A stretch of DNA of 64,000 bases from Escherichia coli (GCF_017348835.2 NZ_CP071375.1), one strand, 5' to 3'. Counted from the stretch's first letter, positions 45,002 to 57,509 are shown. Notes: generated by a model not told the origin, from the letters alone. A program made the numbers and translations.

Positions 45002-45362
45002 TCATTGGGATTATGCCGCAGAAACGTTGTATGCAATAACGTTTTGCGGTTGGCTGGTGAACTTCCGATAGTGCGGGTGTTGAATGATTTCCAGCTGCTA
45101 CCGATTTTACATATTTTTGCCTGAGAGGATTTGAACCGCCTCCACAGACTCTACATCACAGATAACCACTGTCACGAGGACTGTTAGTGCTGTGAGTTCA
45201 ACGGGGCGATGTACGCTACCTTTAATCAAGAGGGAGAGGTACGTTGCTAAGATGAGTTTATATTCATCAACTAAGTGCAGATCAGCGAATAACTAAAACT
45301 TGGCTGTCTGAACCGCCCCGGAAATCCTGGAGACTAAACTCCCTGAGAAAGAGGTAAACAGG

Positions 45363-45689
45363 ATGACTAAAAATACTCGTTTTTCCCCCGAAGTCCGTCA
45401 GCGGGCGATTCGTATGGTTCTGGAAAGTCAGGATGAATATGACTCACAGTGGGCGGCAATTTGTTCCATTGCCCCAAAGATTGGCTGTACGCCGGAGACT
45501 CTGCGTGTCTGGGTTCGCCAGCATGAGCGGGATACCGGGAGTGGTGATGGTGGACTCACCACCGCTGAACGTCAGCGTCTGAAAGAGCTGGAACGTGAAA
45601 ATCGTGAACTGCGCCGCAGTAACGATATCCTTCGCCAGGCTTCCGCTTATTTTGCGAAGGCGGAGTTCGACCGCCTCTGGAAAAAATAA
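45363..45689 (+). CDS. IS629-like transposase OrfA
   Basis: Product identical to the copy at 27716..28042. Confidence 0.85.
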   Translation: MTKNTRFSPEVRQRAIRMVLESQDEYDSQWAAICSIAPKIGCTPETLRVWVRQHERDTGSGDGGLTTAERQRLKELERENRELRRSNDILRQASAYFAKAEFDRLWKK

Positions 45690-46576
45690 TGCCACTGCTG
45701 GATAAGCTGCGTGAGCAGTACGGGGTCGGACCGGTATGCAGCGAACTGCATATTGCCCCGTCAACGTATTACCATTGTCAGCAACAGCGACATCATCCGG
45801 ATAAACGCAGTGCCCGTGCGCAGCACGATGACTGGCTGAAGAAAGAGATACAGCGCGTATACGATGAAAATCACCAGGTATACGGTGTGCGTAAAGTCTG
45901 GCGTCAGTTGTTACGGGAAGGTATCAGAGTGGCCAGATGCACTGTGGCACGTCTCATGGCAGTTATGGGACTTGCCGGTGTTCTCCGGGGTAAAAAGGTC
46001 CGCACTACCGTCAGCCGGAAAGCCGTTGCCGCATGCGACCGCGTAAACCGTCAGTTCGTGGCAGAACGTCCAGACCAGTTGTGGGTGGCTGATTTTACCT
46101 GGGTAAGCACATGGCAGGGCTTCGTTTATGTGGCGTTCATCATTGATGTGTTCGCCGGATACATCGTGGGATGGCAGGTCTCATCATCCATGGAAACAAC
46201 ATTCGTGCTGGATGCACTGGAGCAGGCGTTGTGGGCCCGTCGGCCGTCCGGCACAATCCATCACAGTGATAAAGGTTCTCAGTATGTATCGCTGGCCTAC
46301 ACGCAGCGGCTTAAGGAAGCCGGATTACTGGCATCAACAGGGAGTACTGGCGACTCGTATGACAACGCGATGGCGGAGAGCATCAATGGTCTTTACAAAG
46401 CGGAGGTAATACACCGTAAGAGCTGGAAAAACCGGACAGAAGTGGAACTGGCCACACTAACGTGGGTGGACTGGTATAACAATCGACGATTGCTGGAAAG
46501 GCTGGGCCATATTCCTCCGGCAGAAGCAGAAAAAGCTTATTATGCTTCCATCGGAAATAATGATCTGGCAGCCTGA
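45689..46576 (+). CDS. IS629-like transposase OrfB
   Basis: Product identical to the copy at 26829..27716. Confidence 0.85.
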   Translation: MPLLDKLREQYGVGPVCSELHIAPSTYYHCQQQRHHPDKRSARAQHDDWLKKEIQRVYDENHQVYGVRKVWRQLLREGIRVARCTVARLMAVMGLAGVLRGKKVRTTVSRKAVAACDRVNRQFVAERPDQLWVADFTWVSTWQGFVYVAFIIDVFAGYIVGWQVSSSMETTFVLDALEQALWARRPSGTIHHSDKGSQYVSLAYTQRLKEAGLLASTGSTGDSYDNAMAESINGLYKAEVIHRKSWKNRTEVELATLTWVDWYNNRRLLERLGHIPPAEAEKAYYASIGNNDLAA

Positions 46577-46618
46577 GTTCACAGATAAAACACTCTCCAG
46601 GAAACCCGGGGCGGTTCA

Positions 46619-48420
46619 TCTCCCGTCGCGCTATGCACGCCGACCTCCACAAAATGCCCGGCAAAGGTCGACTGCTGGTACTCCTTGCTCAGTGTTCCGA
46701 ATTCAATGCTCTCTTCCGCTGTCAGTCTGCCGCCTGCGGTGGCCTCATGTAGCGTGGCGCTTCGGGTACCGTTGGTAATCTTGCCGTCGGCAAACTGCGA
46801 CTGCTCAGGATCAAACCCGACTGCCGAGGCAATCATTTCGCGAAGCTTCACACAGGCGGCGTAAACGCCGGAGGTGGAGGTATTCGCGCCCCATTGTCCA
46901 CCAGAACCCGCAGAAACCGGGAAACTGGAATCGCCGAGGTGAACCGCAACCTGCTCCAGCGGTACGCCAAGCATTTCCGCTGCCGTCTGGGCCAGAATGG
47001 TGTAGCTGCCGGTGCCAATGTCGGTCATGTCCGTTTCCACGGTAACGGTGCCGTTTGGTTCGAGGTGAACCCGAGCCCCCGATTTTTCCAGCAGATTATT
47101 GCGAAAGCCCGCCGCGACGCCGTGGCCGACTAGCCACTCTCCGTCGCGTACCTGTCCAGGTGTGGCGTTGCGCTGCTTCCAGCCAAATTTATCCGCTCCG
47201 GCGCGCAAGCACTCGATAAGCTGACGGCGAGAGAAGCGGCGCGTCGGGTCGGCGGGGTCAACCTGAGTGTCATTCAGGATGCGAAACTCGACGGGATCGA
47301 TGCCCGCTTTTTCCGCCAGTTCGTCGATCGCGATTTCGAGCGCCATCAGACCGGGGGCTTCGCCGGGCGCACGCATGGCGTTCCCTTCCGGCAAATCAAG
47401 CGTGGCGAGCCGCAGGCCGGTATGACGGTTTGCCCCGGCGTAGAGTAATTCGCTTTGCTGTACCGCCGTTTCCGGCGTGCCGCCGGGCAGGTTTCCGGAC
47501 CAGCTTTCATGTGAGATAGCGGTGATTTTCCCGCTCTGGTCGGCACCGATACGCAAGTGCTGAAGGGTGGCGGGGCGGTGCGTGGTGTTATTGGGAATAG
47601 AGGGGCGGGGGAGCATCACTTTAACCGGACGTTTCACCGCTCGGGCGGCGAGGGCTGCCAGCAGCGCATCGCTTCTCAGGAAGAGCTTGCCGCCAAACCC
47701 TCCGCCGATATACGGGGAGATAATACGCACATTCTCCACGGGCACTTTCAGCGTTTTTGCCAGATCGGTGCGGCACCAGTCAATCATCTGATTTGAGGTC
47801 CAGAGAGTAAGCTTATTTCCATCCCAGACGGCCATCGAGGCATGCGGCTCCATCGCCATATGGCTCTGGTCCGGGGTCGTGTAGGTAGCATCAATCTTCA
47901 CCGCAGCGGAGGAGAAAGCCCCGTCAAAGTCACCGACGTTTTTGTCGGGCGTGCCTTCCGGCGGCTGATTGACGGCCTGTTTTTCGTCCGCCAGGGAGTA
48001 AGCTCCTTTATTACGGCGATAGTGCGCCTGCACCAGCGAGGCCGCCGCTCGCGCCTGTTCGAAGGTCTCGGCCACTACCAGCGCAATGGCCTGATGATAG
48101 TGCTCAATAGTGGGGCCGCCTAACAGCCTGGCGGTGTTTTTGTCGCCTTTGCCGAGTGCCCCGGCGTTACTGGCGGTAATGACAGCCAGTACGCCCGGCG
48201 CTTTTTGCGCGGCGTCCGTATCAAGGGCGGTGAGGCGTCCTTTGGCAATGGCGGAACCGACGATATAGCCATAGGCGGCGTTGGGGGATTCTTCATGCCA
48301 TTCGTAGGCGTAGCGTGCCGTGCCGGTAGTTTTCAGCGGTCCGTCGATGCGGTCATAGGGACGACCGACAACCTTCAGCTGATCGATCGGGTTTTCCCCT
48401 GCGGGTTTATCAAATTTCAT
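46619..48420 (-). pseudogene. paoC: Aldehyde oxidoreductase molybdopterin-binding subunit PaoC (YagR), 3'-truncated by the IS
   Basis: Track ORF 46579..48420 reads into the IS terminal repeat (C-terminus ...[11 protein letters not shown] is IS-encoded); native protein is ~730 aa, ~600 aa remain. Confidence 0.8.
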
Positions 48421-49373
48421 GCTTGTGCCCTCGCTTCAGCCAGTACGGAGGCAAGCGTTCGCTTCGCCAACAGGAGTTTAAAGGTGTTTTCAGCGGTGGG
48501 ATGGGCGCTGGCGAACAGCGCGTCATATACGGCCTGCGCCCCCTGGGATAGCTGAGCATCCGCAGCCTCAATGCGCCAGGGCTTATGTGCTACTCCGCCC
48601 AGCGCGACGCGCCCGCTGCCGTCAGGCTGAATAATCGCTGCGACCGATACCAGGGCAAAGGCGTAGGAGGCGCGATCGCGCACCTTACGGTAGATATGTT
48701 TTCCGCCGAGCGGCGGAGGTAACGTCACCGCAACGATAAGCTCACCGGGAAGCAGGGCGGTTTCAATGTGCGGCGTTTTCCCCGGTGGGTGATAAAAATC
48801 AGCCAGTGTGATACTGCGAGTCTTTCCCTCCGGCGTGATGGTTTCCACCACCGCATCCAGCAACCGCATTGCGACCGCCATATCGCTCGGATGGGTGGCA
48901 ATGCAGGCTTCGCTTACGCCTACCACCGCGTGCTGACGGCTAAAGCCTTCAAGCGCCGCGCAGCCGCTCCTGGGCAGGCGCTTATTGCAGGGCTGATTGG
49001 TGTCGTAAAAATAGGGGCAGCGCGTGCGCTGGAGCAGATTACCTGCGGTGGTTGCCTGATTGCGTAACTGACCAGACGCGCCAGCGAGCAGGGCGCGGGA
49101 GAGTACCGCGTAATCACGACGCACGCGCTCGTGAGCCGCCAGGTCGGTGTTCCGTACCAGTGCGCCGATGCGCAGCCCACCCGCGTCGGTCACTTCGATC
49201 TTATCGAGCCCGAGCCCGTTCACATCGATAAGGTGGGTGGGCGTTTCAATTTCCAGCTTCATCAGGTCCAGCAGATTGGTCCCGCCCGCGATAAATTTTG
49301 CGCCGGGTACGCGCTGAGCGCTAAGTGCCGCCTCGGCGGGGGTGTTCACTCGTTCATAGGTAAACGCCTTCAT
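48417..49373 (-). CDS. paoB: Aldehyde oxidoreductase FAD-binding subunit PaoB (YagS)
   Basis: 318-aa product with FAD-binding CO-dehydrogenase-type motifs. Confidence 0.85.
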   Translation of the reverse strand: MKAFTYERVNTPAEAALSAQRVPGAKFIAGGTNLLDLMKLEIETPTHLIDVNGLGLDKIEVTDAGGLRIGALVRNTDLAAHERVRRDYAVLSRALLAGASGQLRNQATTAGNLLQRTRCPYFYDTNQPCNKRLPRSGCAALEGFSRQHAVVGVSEACIATHPSDMAVAMRLLDAVVETITPEGKTRSITLADFYHPPGKTPHIETALLPGELIVAVTLPPPLGGKHIYRKVRDRASYAFALVSVAAIIQPDGSGRVALGGVAHKPWRIEAADAQLSQGAQAVYDALFASAHPTAENTFKLLLAKRTLASVLAEARAQA

Positions 49374-50059
49374 GATTTTATCTCCCCCGCAGCGTCTTCA
49401 ATGGCGGCAAGGATGTTAGCGTATGCACCACAGCGACAGATGTTGCCGCTCATACGTTCACGGATCTCATCGGCAGTTGTTTCTGGAGCGGAAACCAAAT
49501 CGACCGTGACGTGACTGGGAATGCCGTCCTGAATCTCTTTTAGCACCGCTACTGATGAGCAAATTTGCCCGGAGGTGCAGTAGCCGCACTGGAAGCCATC
49601 ATGCTTGATAAAGGCCGCCTGCATGGGGTGAAGATTATCTGGTGAACCCAGGCCTTCAATGGTGGTGATCTCGGCCCCCTGATGCATGACTGCAAGCGTC
49701 AGGCAGGCATTAAGCCTGCGACCATTGACCAGCACGGTACAGGCTCCGCACTGTCCGTGATCGCAACCTTTCTTGGTACCGATCAAATGCAGATTTTCAC
49801 GCAAAGCGTCCAGTAGCGTGGTTCGGGTATCCACTTCAAGCTGCTCGGTTTTGCCGTTCACCTTAAGTGTCAGGGGCATTATCTCAGGCGCGGGTGTAGC
49901 TGCCGGAACGCTTGCCGCAAGCGTAGAATGAGGATAAACCACGGCGGTCGCCGCCGTTGCGGCGCTCACTTTAATCAGATCGCGACGGGTCAAACTAAAA
50001 TCGTGCGGCTCGTGCTTCCCAACCCGATTATCTTCGGGGTATTCGCCTTGGTTGCTCAT
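49370..50059 (-). CDS. paoA: Aldehyde oxidoreductase 2Fe-2S subunit PaoA (YagT), Tat-exported
   Basis: Twin-arginine motif LTRRDLIK; two Cys clusters ([18 protein letters not shown]...CRCGAY). Confidence 0.85.
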   Translation of the reverse strand: MSNQGEYPEDNRVGKHEPHDFSLTRRDLIKVSAATAATAVVYPHSTLAASVPAATPAPEIMPLTLKVNGKTEQLEVDTRTTLLDALRENLHLIGTKKGCDHGQCGACTVLVNGRRLNACLTLAVMHQGAEITTIEGLGSPDNLHPMQAAFIKHDGFQCGYCTSGQICSSVAVLKEIQDGIPSHVTVDLVSAPETTADEIRERMSGNICRCGAYANILAAIEDAAGEIKS

Positions 50060-50475
50060 ACCAGGCCTCCGGTATTCTAAAGGGGAAAATAAGAGTGCGT
50101 TGCGAGAGTGCTGATGCTTTTTTAAACGTTAAGCATAGTCGGCGACAGCAGGAGGATTATTCTTAAAACGCGAATGCAGCTATGAGCCCGGCTAATAAAT
50201 TCATGTTCGCCGGGATGTTGATGATGATGGGAGCTGGTTTATTGCTTTAGTTGTACGATGCAAAACCGATAAGGAAACCTGTGATTGTCAGCTCTGCATC
50301 ACCCTGCAAATCTATGTCACTTCTAATATAAAAATAGGGAGAAATGATGGTGCTTATATTCATTGGCGATTAGGCAACCATCATGTTATACAAAACAATA
50401 CAGTTCTTTACATTTGCCTTGTTTTATGAATACTCCTAAAGAGGTGTATAACATAATGGTACAAGCAGGGTAGAT

Positions 50476-51090
50476 ATGAATATATTTGAACAAACTCCAC
50501 CGAACCGCAGACGTTATGGTCTTGCTGCATTCATTGGGCTGATTGCTGGCGTTGTTTCCGCATTTGTGAAGTGGGGGGCTGAAGTTCCATTGCCGCCACG
50601 TAGCCCGGTGGATATGTTTAATGCAGCGTGTGGCCCGGAATCATTAATCAGGGCTGCTGGGCAAATTGATTGCTCGCGTAATTTTCTCAATCCTCCGTAT
50701 ATTTTTCTTCGAGACTGGCTGGGGCTGACAGATCCCAATGCGGCTGTTTATACCTTTGCCGGGCATGTCTTTAACTGGGTTGGTGTTACGCACATTATCT
50801 TTTCGATAGTGTTTGCTGTCGGTTATTGTGTGGTCGCTGAAGTATTTCCAAAAATTAAACTCTGGCAGGGCTTACTGGCAGGTGCTTTAGCCCAACTTTT
50901 TGTTCATATGATTTCATTCCCTCTCATGGGACTGACACCACCTCTGTTTGATCTCCCGTGGTATGAGAATGTTTCTGAAATTTTTGGACATTTAGTCTGG
51001 TTCTGGTCCATTGAAATTATTCGCAGAGATTTACGAAACAGAATTACTCATGAGCCAGACCCTGAGATCCCTTTAGGCTCAAATAGATAA
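50476..51090 (+). CDS. yagU: Inner membrane protein YagU (DUF1440)
   Basis: 204-aa polytopic membrane protein. Confidence 0.8.
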
Positions 51091-51335
51091 TGCATTGAAT
51101 GATAAAATGGCGCAAATACAGCGCCATTTTTACAGGTTAAAAACATTGCTTTTTATATTCTGATTCAGATAGTCAGTGAGTATATAGTGCTACTTCAGGA
51201 TGATGTAGATCCGAAGAACACTACAGAAGAGAGGCATTGTTGCTGGCAAATACAAGAAGTTTCGGGTTTTGTTGTCCCTGAAAACGAAGCCCCGCTATTA
51301 TCGCTGGCGGGGCAGTGCAATTAATTATTGTATGT

Positions 51336-51665
51336 TTATAACGGTGTCAGCCCGTATTTAGCCCTTGCACGATTGCAAGCCTCATTGACGACTCCGTTCT
51401 CACCAGACATGGCGAATTCTCTGCATGTGGACGATCGATTTTTATATATCGTGCAGCAGGCATTTTTGCCCGGGGTTCCTGCAAGGGCAATACATCGGGG
51501 GTTTTTCTGATTAGTTCCGCTCATGCATCGGTGAAAAGGGGATATTTGTTCAGTGAGCCTGGCGGGAATGGTACCACCAGCATCGTCGGCTTCGGCCCAG
51601 TAAAAAGAGACGCGGAAAAATGCACAACAGGCACCACACGTCATGCATGGATTCAGATTGCTCAT
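51336..51665 (-). CDS. ykgJ: Cys-rich ferredoxin-like protein YkgJ
   Basis: [28 protein letters not shown]... Confidence 0.8.
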
Positions 51666-51977
51666 AATTCACCAGTACAGCTATAAATCGTAAAGAGAAC
51701 TGCGGTACGTCGTATGCAGGGACGTATCGCGGTTGGCTGGTGTACTTTCGATAGTGTGAGTATTGAATGATTTCCAGCCGTTACCGATTTTACGTCCTAA
51801 TTAGTGAAGAAACCACTCGTTAGCAGGCCGCCTGGTACCTTTCCGTGTCTCCTGAACACTGTGGTGTGCATATGAGAAAGCCTATCGTTACAGGTGATAT
51901 TGACGATCGCTTCCACATCATTTAAACGATTTTTGAGTCTCTGAGGTGGAATTCTTCCCTCGACCGATGGATAAGTA

Positions 51978-52688
51978 TCAGTCCGCCGAAGGGGGCTTAG
52001 CCGGACAGGAATCGCTAATCTTAATGAATTTGTCGTTATAGACCAGATAGTGATTCCCCGGCTGACGTAACTCAGGCTGATGAACCACGTCTCCCGGACG
52101 TAGATACCAGGCATCGCCTTCCTCTTCGGTCGAATCACATCCTGGTTTAATCAGTAGCTTAAACCACGTGTTGCCGGTGTTACTTACCGTTCCTGTCACC
52201 TTGTCGAAGGACCATTTAAACTGAACCTGACGTGGTCGTACTACCAGAATGGTATCCATCACCACCACCGGCTCCGTGCTAACCTCACCGCCGGTAGGGC
52301 TGCGTTTTGTCAGGTTACGAGTGGGGACCTCGCGAAATGAGACCCGGTAGTAGCGCTCGCGGTTATCCTGTGGCCCATGATAGTAAAATTTAAAATACTC
52401 GCTCTCACCAGCCTGCAACGCCAGCTGGCGGGGGGCGAAAAGTAGTTCACCATCCACCGGTCGGGTGCGCAATTCACTGCTGCCCGGGCTATCAATAGCA
52501 CTGATGGCAATACGGTATATCCGTGCGCTTTTGTTGTTATTCACTACACGTTTGCTGACAAAGTCAGTCTCGGACGGCAGTGAAAAAGTCAGATTGCCGA
52601 CCGAAATCGCCTGTGTCAAAGGTGCCGCCAGCATACAGACCACTGTCAGCAGGGCCTTAGTTAATGTTACGCCACGTCGCCTGAACAT
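51978..52688 (-). CDS. ecpE: E. coli common pilus chaperone EcpE (YagV)
   Basis: Start placed at [27 protein letters not shown]. Confidence 0.8.
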   Translation of the reverse strand: MFRRRGVTLTKALLTVVCMLAAPLTQAISVGNLTFSLPSETDFVSKRVVNNNKSARIYRIAISAIDSPGSSELRTRPVDGELLFAPRQLALQAGESEYFKFYYHGPQDNRERYYRVSFREVPTRNLTKRSPTGGEVSTEPVVVMDTILVVRPRQVQFKWSFDKVTGTVSNTGNTWFKLLIKPGCDSTEEEGDAWYLRPGDVVHQPELRQPGNHYLVYNDKFIKISDSCPAKPPSAD

Positions 52689-54300
52689 GAATCTCTCCTG
52701 AAGCGCTGACTTCGCCAAACCAGCCGTTATCATCTACCGTACGCAGAGAAATGGCGTTATCCATTGGAATCGAAAATTTGACTGTGGTCTTATCCATCTG
52801 CCCCACTTCGCCAGAGATATCAGTCCACGGTGTGGTCAACCACAGAGCATCGGTCATATCCCGCCAGCTATCATCGCACCCGGCATCGTAGGTTTTTGTA
52901 GCTCCGTTGCGGGTAATAAAGGAAAGTGTCGCCGGGAACGGTACTTTCGCCTTACCGTCATCGGAGCTGAAGACACAATAGGAGCGCCCGCCAATCACCT
53001 GCGCGGGTCCGGTCACCTTGATCAGCACTTCGTCGGCAGCTGTTTTACCGCTGGTGGTTACGATATAGCCGAAATCGAGTGCCGACTCGCCGCTGCCAAC
53101 ATATCCCTCCCGCGACGGTGTCTGAGTATATTCATCGGAGATAATACTGATGCTGAAATCACGGGGTTTGATAATCAGCGTGTTGGAGGTAGAAAATTCA
53201 TACCAGCCAGACTCCGGTGATGTGGTGTTCTGAAAGCGAAAGTTGAATAGATCTTTGGTGTTGATATCGCTGATCCCGAGGTTCACCATCTGCTTAAAGA
53301 AGTTGCTCGAGAAGAAAACATAGATCGAGTCTGCGCTCTTCATCTCGTTGAAGGTGTAGTAATAGGCAGTATTGCTCACCGGTTTCCATGAACTGCCATT
53401 CAGACTGAACTGCATATCGTACGCCCCGACGGACGAGGCTAACGACGAGTTGGCGATCGCCGGGAATATATGGATTGAGGTGTTGCTGAGTCCGTTTGTT
53501 TGCAGGGTATAGTTAACCATCTTACAACTTAATCCTGAACGGCTGCCGATGGTTTGCGTCCGGCAGTCGGCGTTCCCTTCGCCCAGAGTCGGTACTCCGT
53601 CGCTGTTGATAAATACTTCCGCCAGCGAGTGGGTATTTATCAACCGTAGATTTGCTGCTTTCGTATGGGTGACGTTGCGAACATACCAGTTGCCGGAGGC
53701 CTGATCCTTACAGCGTGCGCCGCTGCTGGCGTCATAGTTCACAGAGGTCTGGCAGGCATTGATGGTCATTGTAAAGCTGCTGCCGACGGGCATTTGTTGC
53801 AGATACTGGTAAAACGCGTCTGACAACATGCCGTGCATCCACTTCGCGCCGCCGCTGGTCACCGTCGCGCCATAAAATCCACTGGCGTCGGTGGTTTGCG
53901 GCAGGATAAGACTGGTGGTCATATTACACCCTGCGTACCAGTTGATGCAGCGTAAGCCAGTTAAAGGAGATGAAACCGGCGAATTTTCCAGCCACATATC
54001 AAACTTCCAGTTGGTATAGAGGCCGGTGTTGTAACCGTTATCAATGTAGCCGAGGCTTTGCTGATAGATGGTTCCTGAACCATTGTATTTTAAACCGGTC
54101 CAGCGGTTGGCACCGGTCAGGCGCGGATCCAGCGCCCCGCCAGGAGTGACGAAAAAGTTGTCGTCTGAGTTGTTTTCGACAAACACAAACTCGCGTGCCG
54201 GTGCATCCGCCCAGGTTGTTTTGCTCACTGCCGCTCTGAGCGCAGTTACTGGCCAGATTAGCGCAAAGATTATCATCGCTATCAGTAGGTTAACTCTCAT
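52657..54300 (-). CDS. ecpD: E. coli common pilus tip adhesin EcpD (YagW)
   Basis: 547 aa with signal peptide. Confidence 0.8.
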   Translation of the reverse strand: MRVNLLIAMIIFALIWPVTALRAAVSKTTWADAPAREFVFVENNSDDNFFVTPGGALDPRLTGANRWTGLKYNGSGTIYQQSLGYIDNGYNTGLYTNWKFDMWLENSPVSSPLTGLRCINWYAGCNMTTSLILPQTTDASGFYGATVTSGGAKWMHGMLSDAFYQYLQQMPVGSSFTMTINACQTSVNYDASSGARCKDQASGNWYVRNVTHTKAANLRLINTHSLAEVFINSDGVPTLGEGNADCRTQTIGSRSGLSCKMVNYTLQTNGLSNTSIHIFPAIANSSLASSVGAYDMQFSLNGSSWKPVSNTAYYYTFNEMKSADSIYVFFSSNFFKQMVNLGISDINTKDLFNFRFQNTTSPESGWYEFSTSNTLIIKPRDFSISIISDEYTQTPSREGYVGSGESALDFGYIVTTSGKTAADEVLIKVTGPAQVIGGRSYCVFSSDDGKAKVPFPATLSFITRNGATKTYDAGCDDSWRDMTDALWLTTPWTDISGEVGQMDKTTVKFSIPMDNAISLRTVDDNGWFGEVSASGEIHVQATWRNIN

Positions 54301-56815
54301 TCTCTTCTCCTGTCTGCGTCACCGCCGCCCACGATGAGAGGCCGCTGCAGACCACATCACCGACCCAGACGGCACCGCGCGCCTGGTTGAGTTCCAGTGC
54401 CACTTCGCAGGTTTTATTGCCACTGTAGCGAAAATCGATAGTGGGGTATTTCTTATCCACGTCCATGACAAACTCGCCGTTTTCATCGGTTCGGGTTCGG
54501 CCGATATGGTTGTTAATCCGTGCGTTAGCCAGCAGTGTGCCGTCTTCCGCACGGATACGACCGGAGACGGTAACCATCTGCTTCACCTCTGGCTCAATGA
54601 CAGCGACATTGCCTGGATAGAGAGTCAGATGACTTTTGCGACCGCTGACGATATCGTAACTGTCGAGTGAGTTTTTGCTGTTCTGTAACTCCACCTCATA
54701 TCTTCCATAGGGAGAGAGCGGGAGATAGTTACGCTTGCCGTTAAGCGGGAAAATCCGCCCGTTGATTTTGGCGCTGATCTGACCGTCGTCCTCCAGCCCG
54801 GTGTTGAATATCACCCCAGCGTTGCCATCAGTCCGCCCGCTAGCAGCAATGTTTTTACCCTGCCAGCCGACGCTGCCATTGGCGGTCAAGTTGGTATTGA
54901 CGTAGCCGTCCGCCGCGCTATTGACGTTCAGCGTTCCGCTGGCGTAGCGAGCGTCGAACTGTGCATACGCCCCACCACTGAGAGTTTTGTCATCACCGGT
55001 ATCGCCGGAGATGGCTCGTGACAGATTGGCACCAACAGTGCGAATGGTCCCTTCATCAAACTGCTTGCGTGCTGACAGGTTTGCCATGGTGTAGCCGTTT
55101 TGATGAGTCATCCCTGCGCTAAACCAGTTGCCCAGTGGTAGCGAGAGATCGAGAGCGATATATTTCCCTGTATTGGCGTTGCTGTCGCCGTTGTTATAGC
55201 GCTGAATACCGGCCCGCAGGCCAAGCGAACCAAAGGGACCGCTGTAGACATTTTGATAGTAATCTGCCGTGTAATAATGGCTGTTGTAACGGCGGTCATC
55301 ATTGTAGCTGATGCTGAATGTGCCCAGCTTCGACCACAGTGAGTTCAGGTTGAGTGTGCCGCCGATTGCACGGTTGTCGGCATCGCTACGTCGCAATTGA
55401 TTGCCAATGCGGGTTTTTTCCTGGTTAACCCACAGCGAACTAAAGCCTCCCGGTAGAGTGGCGCTGATGCTGGCGATGTTGCTCCATGAGCTGTCACTGG
55501 CCAGCATATTTTGCAGGTTAACGTTGATCGCCCCCCCAAGCGGCAGCGTCAGACGGGTTTCACCCACCGCCTGATTATCGTATCCATATCCCGTTGCCGC
55601 CCAGCTAAGCGTACTCAGTGAGCCGGAGGTCGAAGCACCTGCTAGCCAACTCTCTTTAGCTGGTCGCGTCTTTTTCCCGTTTTCCGACCAGCGATCCATA
55701 TGAAAGCTACCGCCCCATACCTGCCACGCCAGTGGTGCACCGACGCCGCGCCCCCGGCTAAACAGCTTATTGACCCGCTGGGTACGTTTGCTGATCACGC
55801 GACCGTTAACGATCACCTCAACTTCCACATCGTAAATACCGTACGGTAGACCCCGGGTATCCACTTCATGATTGCCCATGGTGAAGTTCTGAACGCTTAG
55901 TAGCCGCCCATCACGGGTGAGATGTACTTCGCCCGCCGCCGGTAAAAAGGCGATCACTGGCGTGCCTGACTGGCTGCTGTCGAAGATGGTGGAGCTGGCC
56001 TGGTTTCCCCAGGAAAGGCCGTAAATCTTCCCTGCTGAAATGGCGGTCATCGGCCCTAACGACTGCAAGTTCCAGGTGTCGAGCATTCCACCGGCAAATC
56101 GGTGACCGGCAAAATCGCGCTCATACATCGCTTTATATAATTCACTGTCCTGTTGACCGCTACCGATCCCGTACAGCGAGCCGTCGAGCACCACATGATG
56201 TTCGCGCAGTGCAGTAACGTTATTCAGCGACAGATAGCTGGATGTGTTGCTCCCGCCGTTACGCAACTGGTTGTTATAGATGCCGAAGTTATAGCTCAGA
56301 TTACTGCTGAGGGTGTTAACACTGGACTGCCCGATGTCTTCGCTACGTGAGCGTAGTACAGTGCCCAGCGCTTCGCGCTTGACCACCAGCTGCAGCAGCA
56401 GTTGGCGCAAGCTGAGATCCAGCTGCGCGTTGTCAGTCAGGGGGATGGTAAGGGCCTCATTGAACGGGGCGTTTGCCAGAGCCATCAGCTGCTGTCGAGT
56501 TTGTTCGCTGACACTGGCGTTATCTTCACTCTCTTCCAGCTGTATTTTCCGGATGCGTAGCTGTCCATCATCCAGCCAGATAAAAGCGCTGCCGATTCGC
56601 TGATCGTCCTGGCGACCCTGACTACCGGCGAGATGAATATAGAGCGGGACGCTCATGCCGTCCTGAAGCGCCTGACTGAAGGCCTGCGGAATAATCACCC
56701 CACCTATTTGCTGCGCACTTATGTCAGCAGCGCTGGCATCGGGCTGAACGAACAAAAAGACCATGCCGAAGGCAAACTGGGCTTTCAGTCCTGGGGAGAA
56801 CCGTCGTAAAGGCAT
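54290..56815 (-). CDS. ecpC: E. coli common pilus usher EcpC (YagX)
   Basis: 841-aa outer-membrane usher-sized product. Confidence 0.8.
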   Translation of the reverse strand: MPLRRFSPGLKAQFAFGMVFLFVQPDASAADISAQQIGGVIIPQAFSQALQDGMSVPLYIHLAGSQGRQDDQRIGSAFIWLDDGQLRIRKIQLEESEDNASVSEQTRQQLMALANAPFNEALTIPLTDNAQLDLSLRQLLLQLVVKREALGTVLRSRSEDIGQSSVNTLSSNLSYNFGIYNNQLRNGGSNTSSYLSLNNVTALREHHVVLDGSLYGIGSGQQDSELYKAMYERDFAGHRFAGGMLDTWNLQSLGPMTAISAGKIYGLSWGNQASSTIFDSSQSGTPVIAFLPAAGEVHLTRDGRLLSVQNFTMGNHEVDTRGLPYGIYDVEVEVIVNGRVISKRTQRVNKLFSRGRGVGAPLAWQVWGGSFHMDRWSENGKKTRPAKESWLAGASTSGSLSTLSWAATGYGYDNQAVGETRLTLPLGGAINVNLQNMLASDSSWSNIASISATLPGGFSSLWVNQEKTRIGNQLRRSDADNRAIGGTLNLNSLWSKLGTFSISYNDDRRYNSHYYTADYYQNVYSGPFGSLGLRAGIQRYNNGDSNANTGKYIALDLSLPLGNWFSAGMTHQNGYTMANLSARKQFDEGTIRTVGANLSRAISGDTGDDKTLSGGAYAQFDARYASGTLNVNSAADGYVNTNLTANGSVGWQGKNIAASGRTDGNAGVIFNTGLEDDGQISAKINGRIFPLNGKRNYLPLSPYGRYEVELQNSKNSLDSYDIVSGRKSHLTLYPGNVAVIEPEVKQMVTVSGRIRAEDGTLLANARINNHIGRTRTDENGEFVMDVDKKYPTIDFRYSGNKTCEVALELNQARGAVWVGDVVCSGLSSWAAVTQTGEENES

Positions 56816-56840
56816 TGTCGTTATCCATCTGCACAGCTAT

Positions 56841-57509
56841 CTATTTCACGGGAATGAACTTATCACCCTGCCAAAGTGCAACCCGTCCTTTGTTATCCGC
56901 CGTGTCCACGCGGGTAAAACGACGCGACTTGCCCGGCATCAGGTAGTAATTCTCTTTACACTCTTTACCATTGGCGGCTTTCAGGCAGGGGCCGTAGGCG
57001 AGGATCCGCAGCGTCGCATTTCCTGTATTTGTCAGGGAGCCGTTGGCGTATTGAAAGTGGTAGTTTGCCTGGCGGGGTGCGACGACCAGAATGGTGCCGA
57101 TGCGGGCGGAAGCAGTGGCCACAGCGCTGCGGTTGGCATTATCGCGCTGCGCATCACTGAGGGCCTGATCAAACCAGACAATGCGGTAGTAGCGCTCTTT
57201 TTCATCTGCGGGTCCCTTATAGAAGAAGCGGATCACTTCGCTGGCTTGGGCGGGTAGCAGCAAGCTGGCGGGAGTGAGTAGCAACTCATCCGGCTTGTCC
57301 ATTGCGATAACCTGCCCGTCGTCAAGCGGTGAAGAGAGCCGTTCGAGACGGATATTGATGAGGCGACCACTGTCGGTACTGTTTTTGATCGTTTTGCTCA
57401 GCGTGCTGCTGTCACTGTTCATAAACGATGATATATCGCCGACATCCAGCGCCTGGGCCGGAGATATTCCGGATAACAGCAGAGCGAGAAGCAGAAGGTG
57501 CTTTTTCAT
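56841..57509 (-). CDS. ecpB: E. coli common pilus chaperone EcpB (YagY)
   Basis: 222 aa with signal peptide. Confidence 0.8.
   Translation of the reverse strand: MKKHLLLLALLLSGISPAQALDVGDISSFMNSDSSTLSKTIKNSTDSGRLINIRLERLSSPLDDGQVIAMDKPDELLLTPASLLLPAQASEVIRFFYKGPADEKERYYRIVWFDQALSDAQRDNANRSAVATASARIGTILVVAPRQANYHFQYANGSLTNTGNATLRILAYGPCLKAANGKECKENYYLMPGKSRRFTRVDTADNKGRVALWQGDKFIPVK

Larger units (their letters stand above)
36201..45308. mobile_element. Defective mosaic prophage integrated at thrW (P22-type int/xis and early-left genes joined to lambda-like J'-lom-stf-tfa); right end abuts the second IS629-like element
   Basis: Integrase immediately 3' of the tRNA; phage gene content; abrupt junction at ~40198; no head, lysis, replication or immunity genes. 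Confidence 0.8.
45309..46618 (+). mobile_element. Second IS629/IS1203-like element, 1310 bp, inverted relative to the first, no target-site duplication
   Basis: ORF products identical to copy 1; flanking triplets are GTC and TCT. Confidence 0.85.

Noticed and set aside
45121-45180. tRNA-like GGTTCAAATCC motif on the reverse strand after tfa
   Set aside because: I could not fold a T-arm with a proper 5-bp stem or find an acceptor stem, so it is not supported as a tRNA or tRNA fragment.
36171-45308. attR direct repeat of the thrW 3' end at the prophage right boundary
   Set aside because: I looked for the thrW 3' core downstream of tfa and did not see it by eye. It was likely removed by the IS-associated deletion, so it is not reported as a feature.
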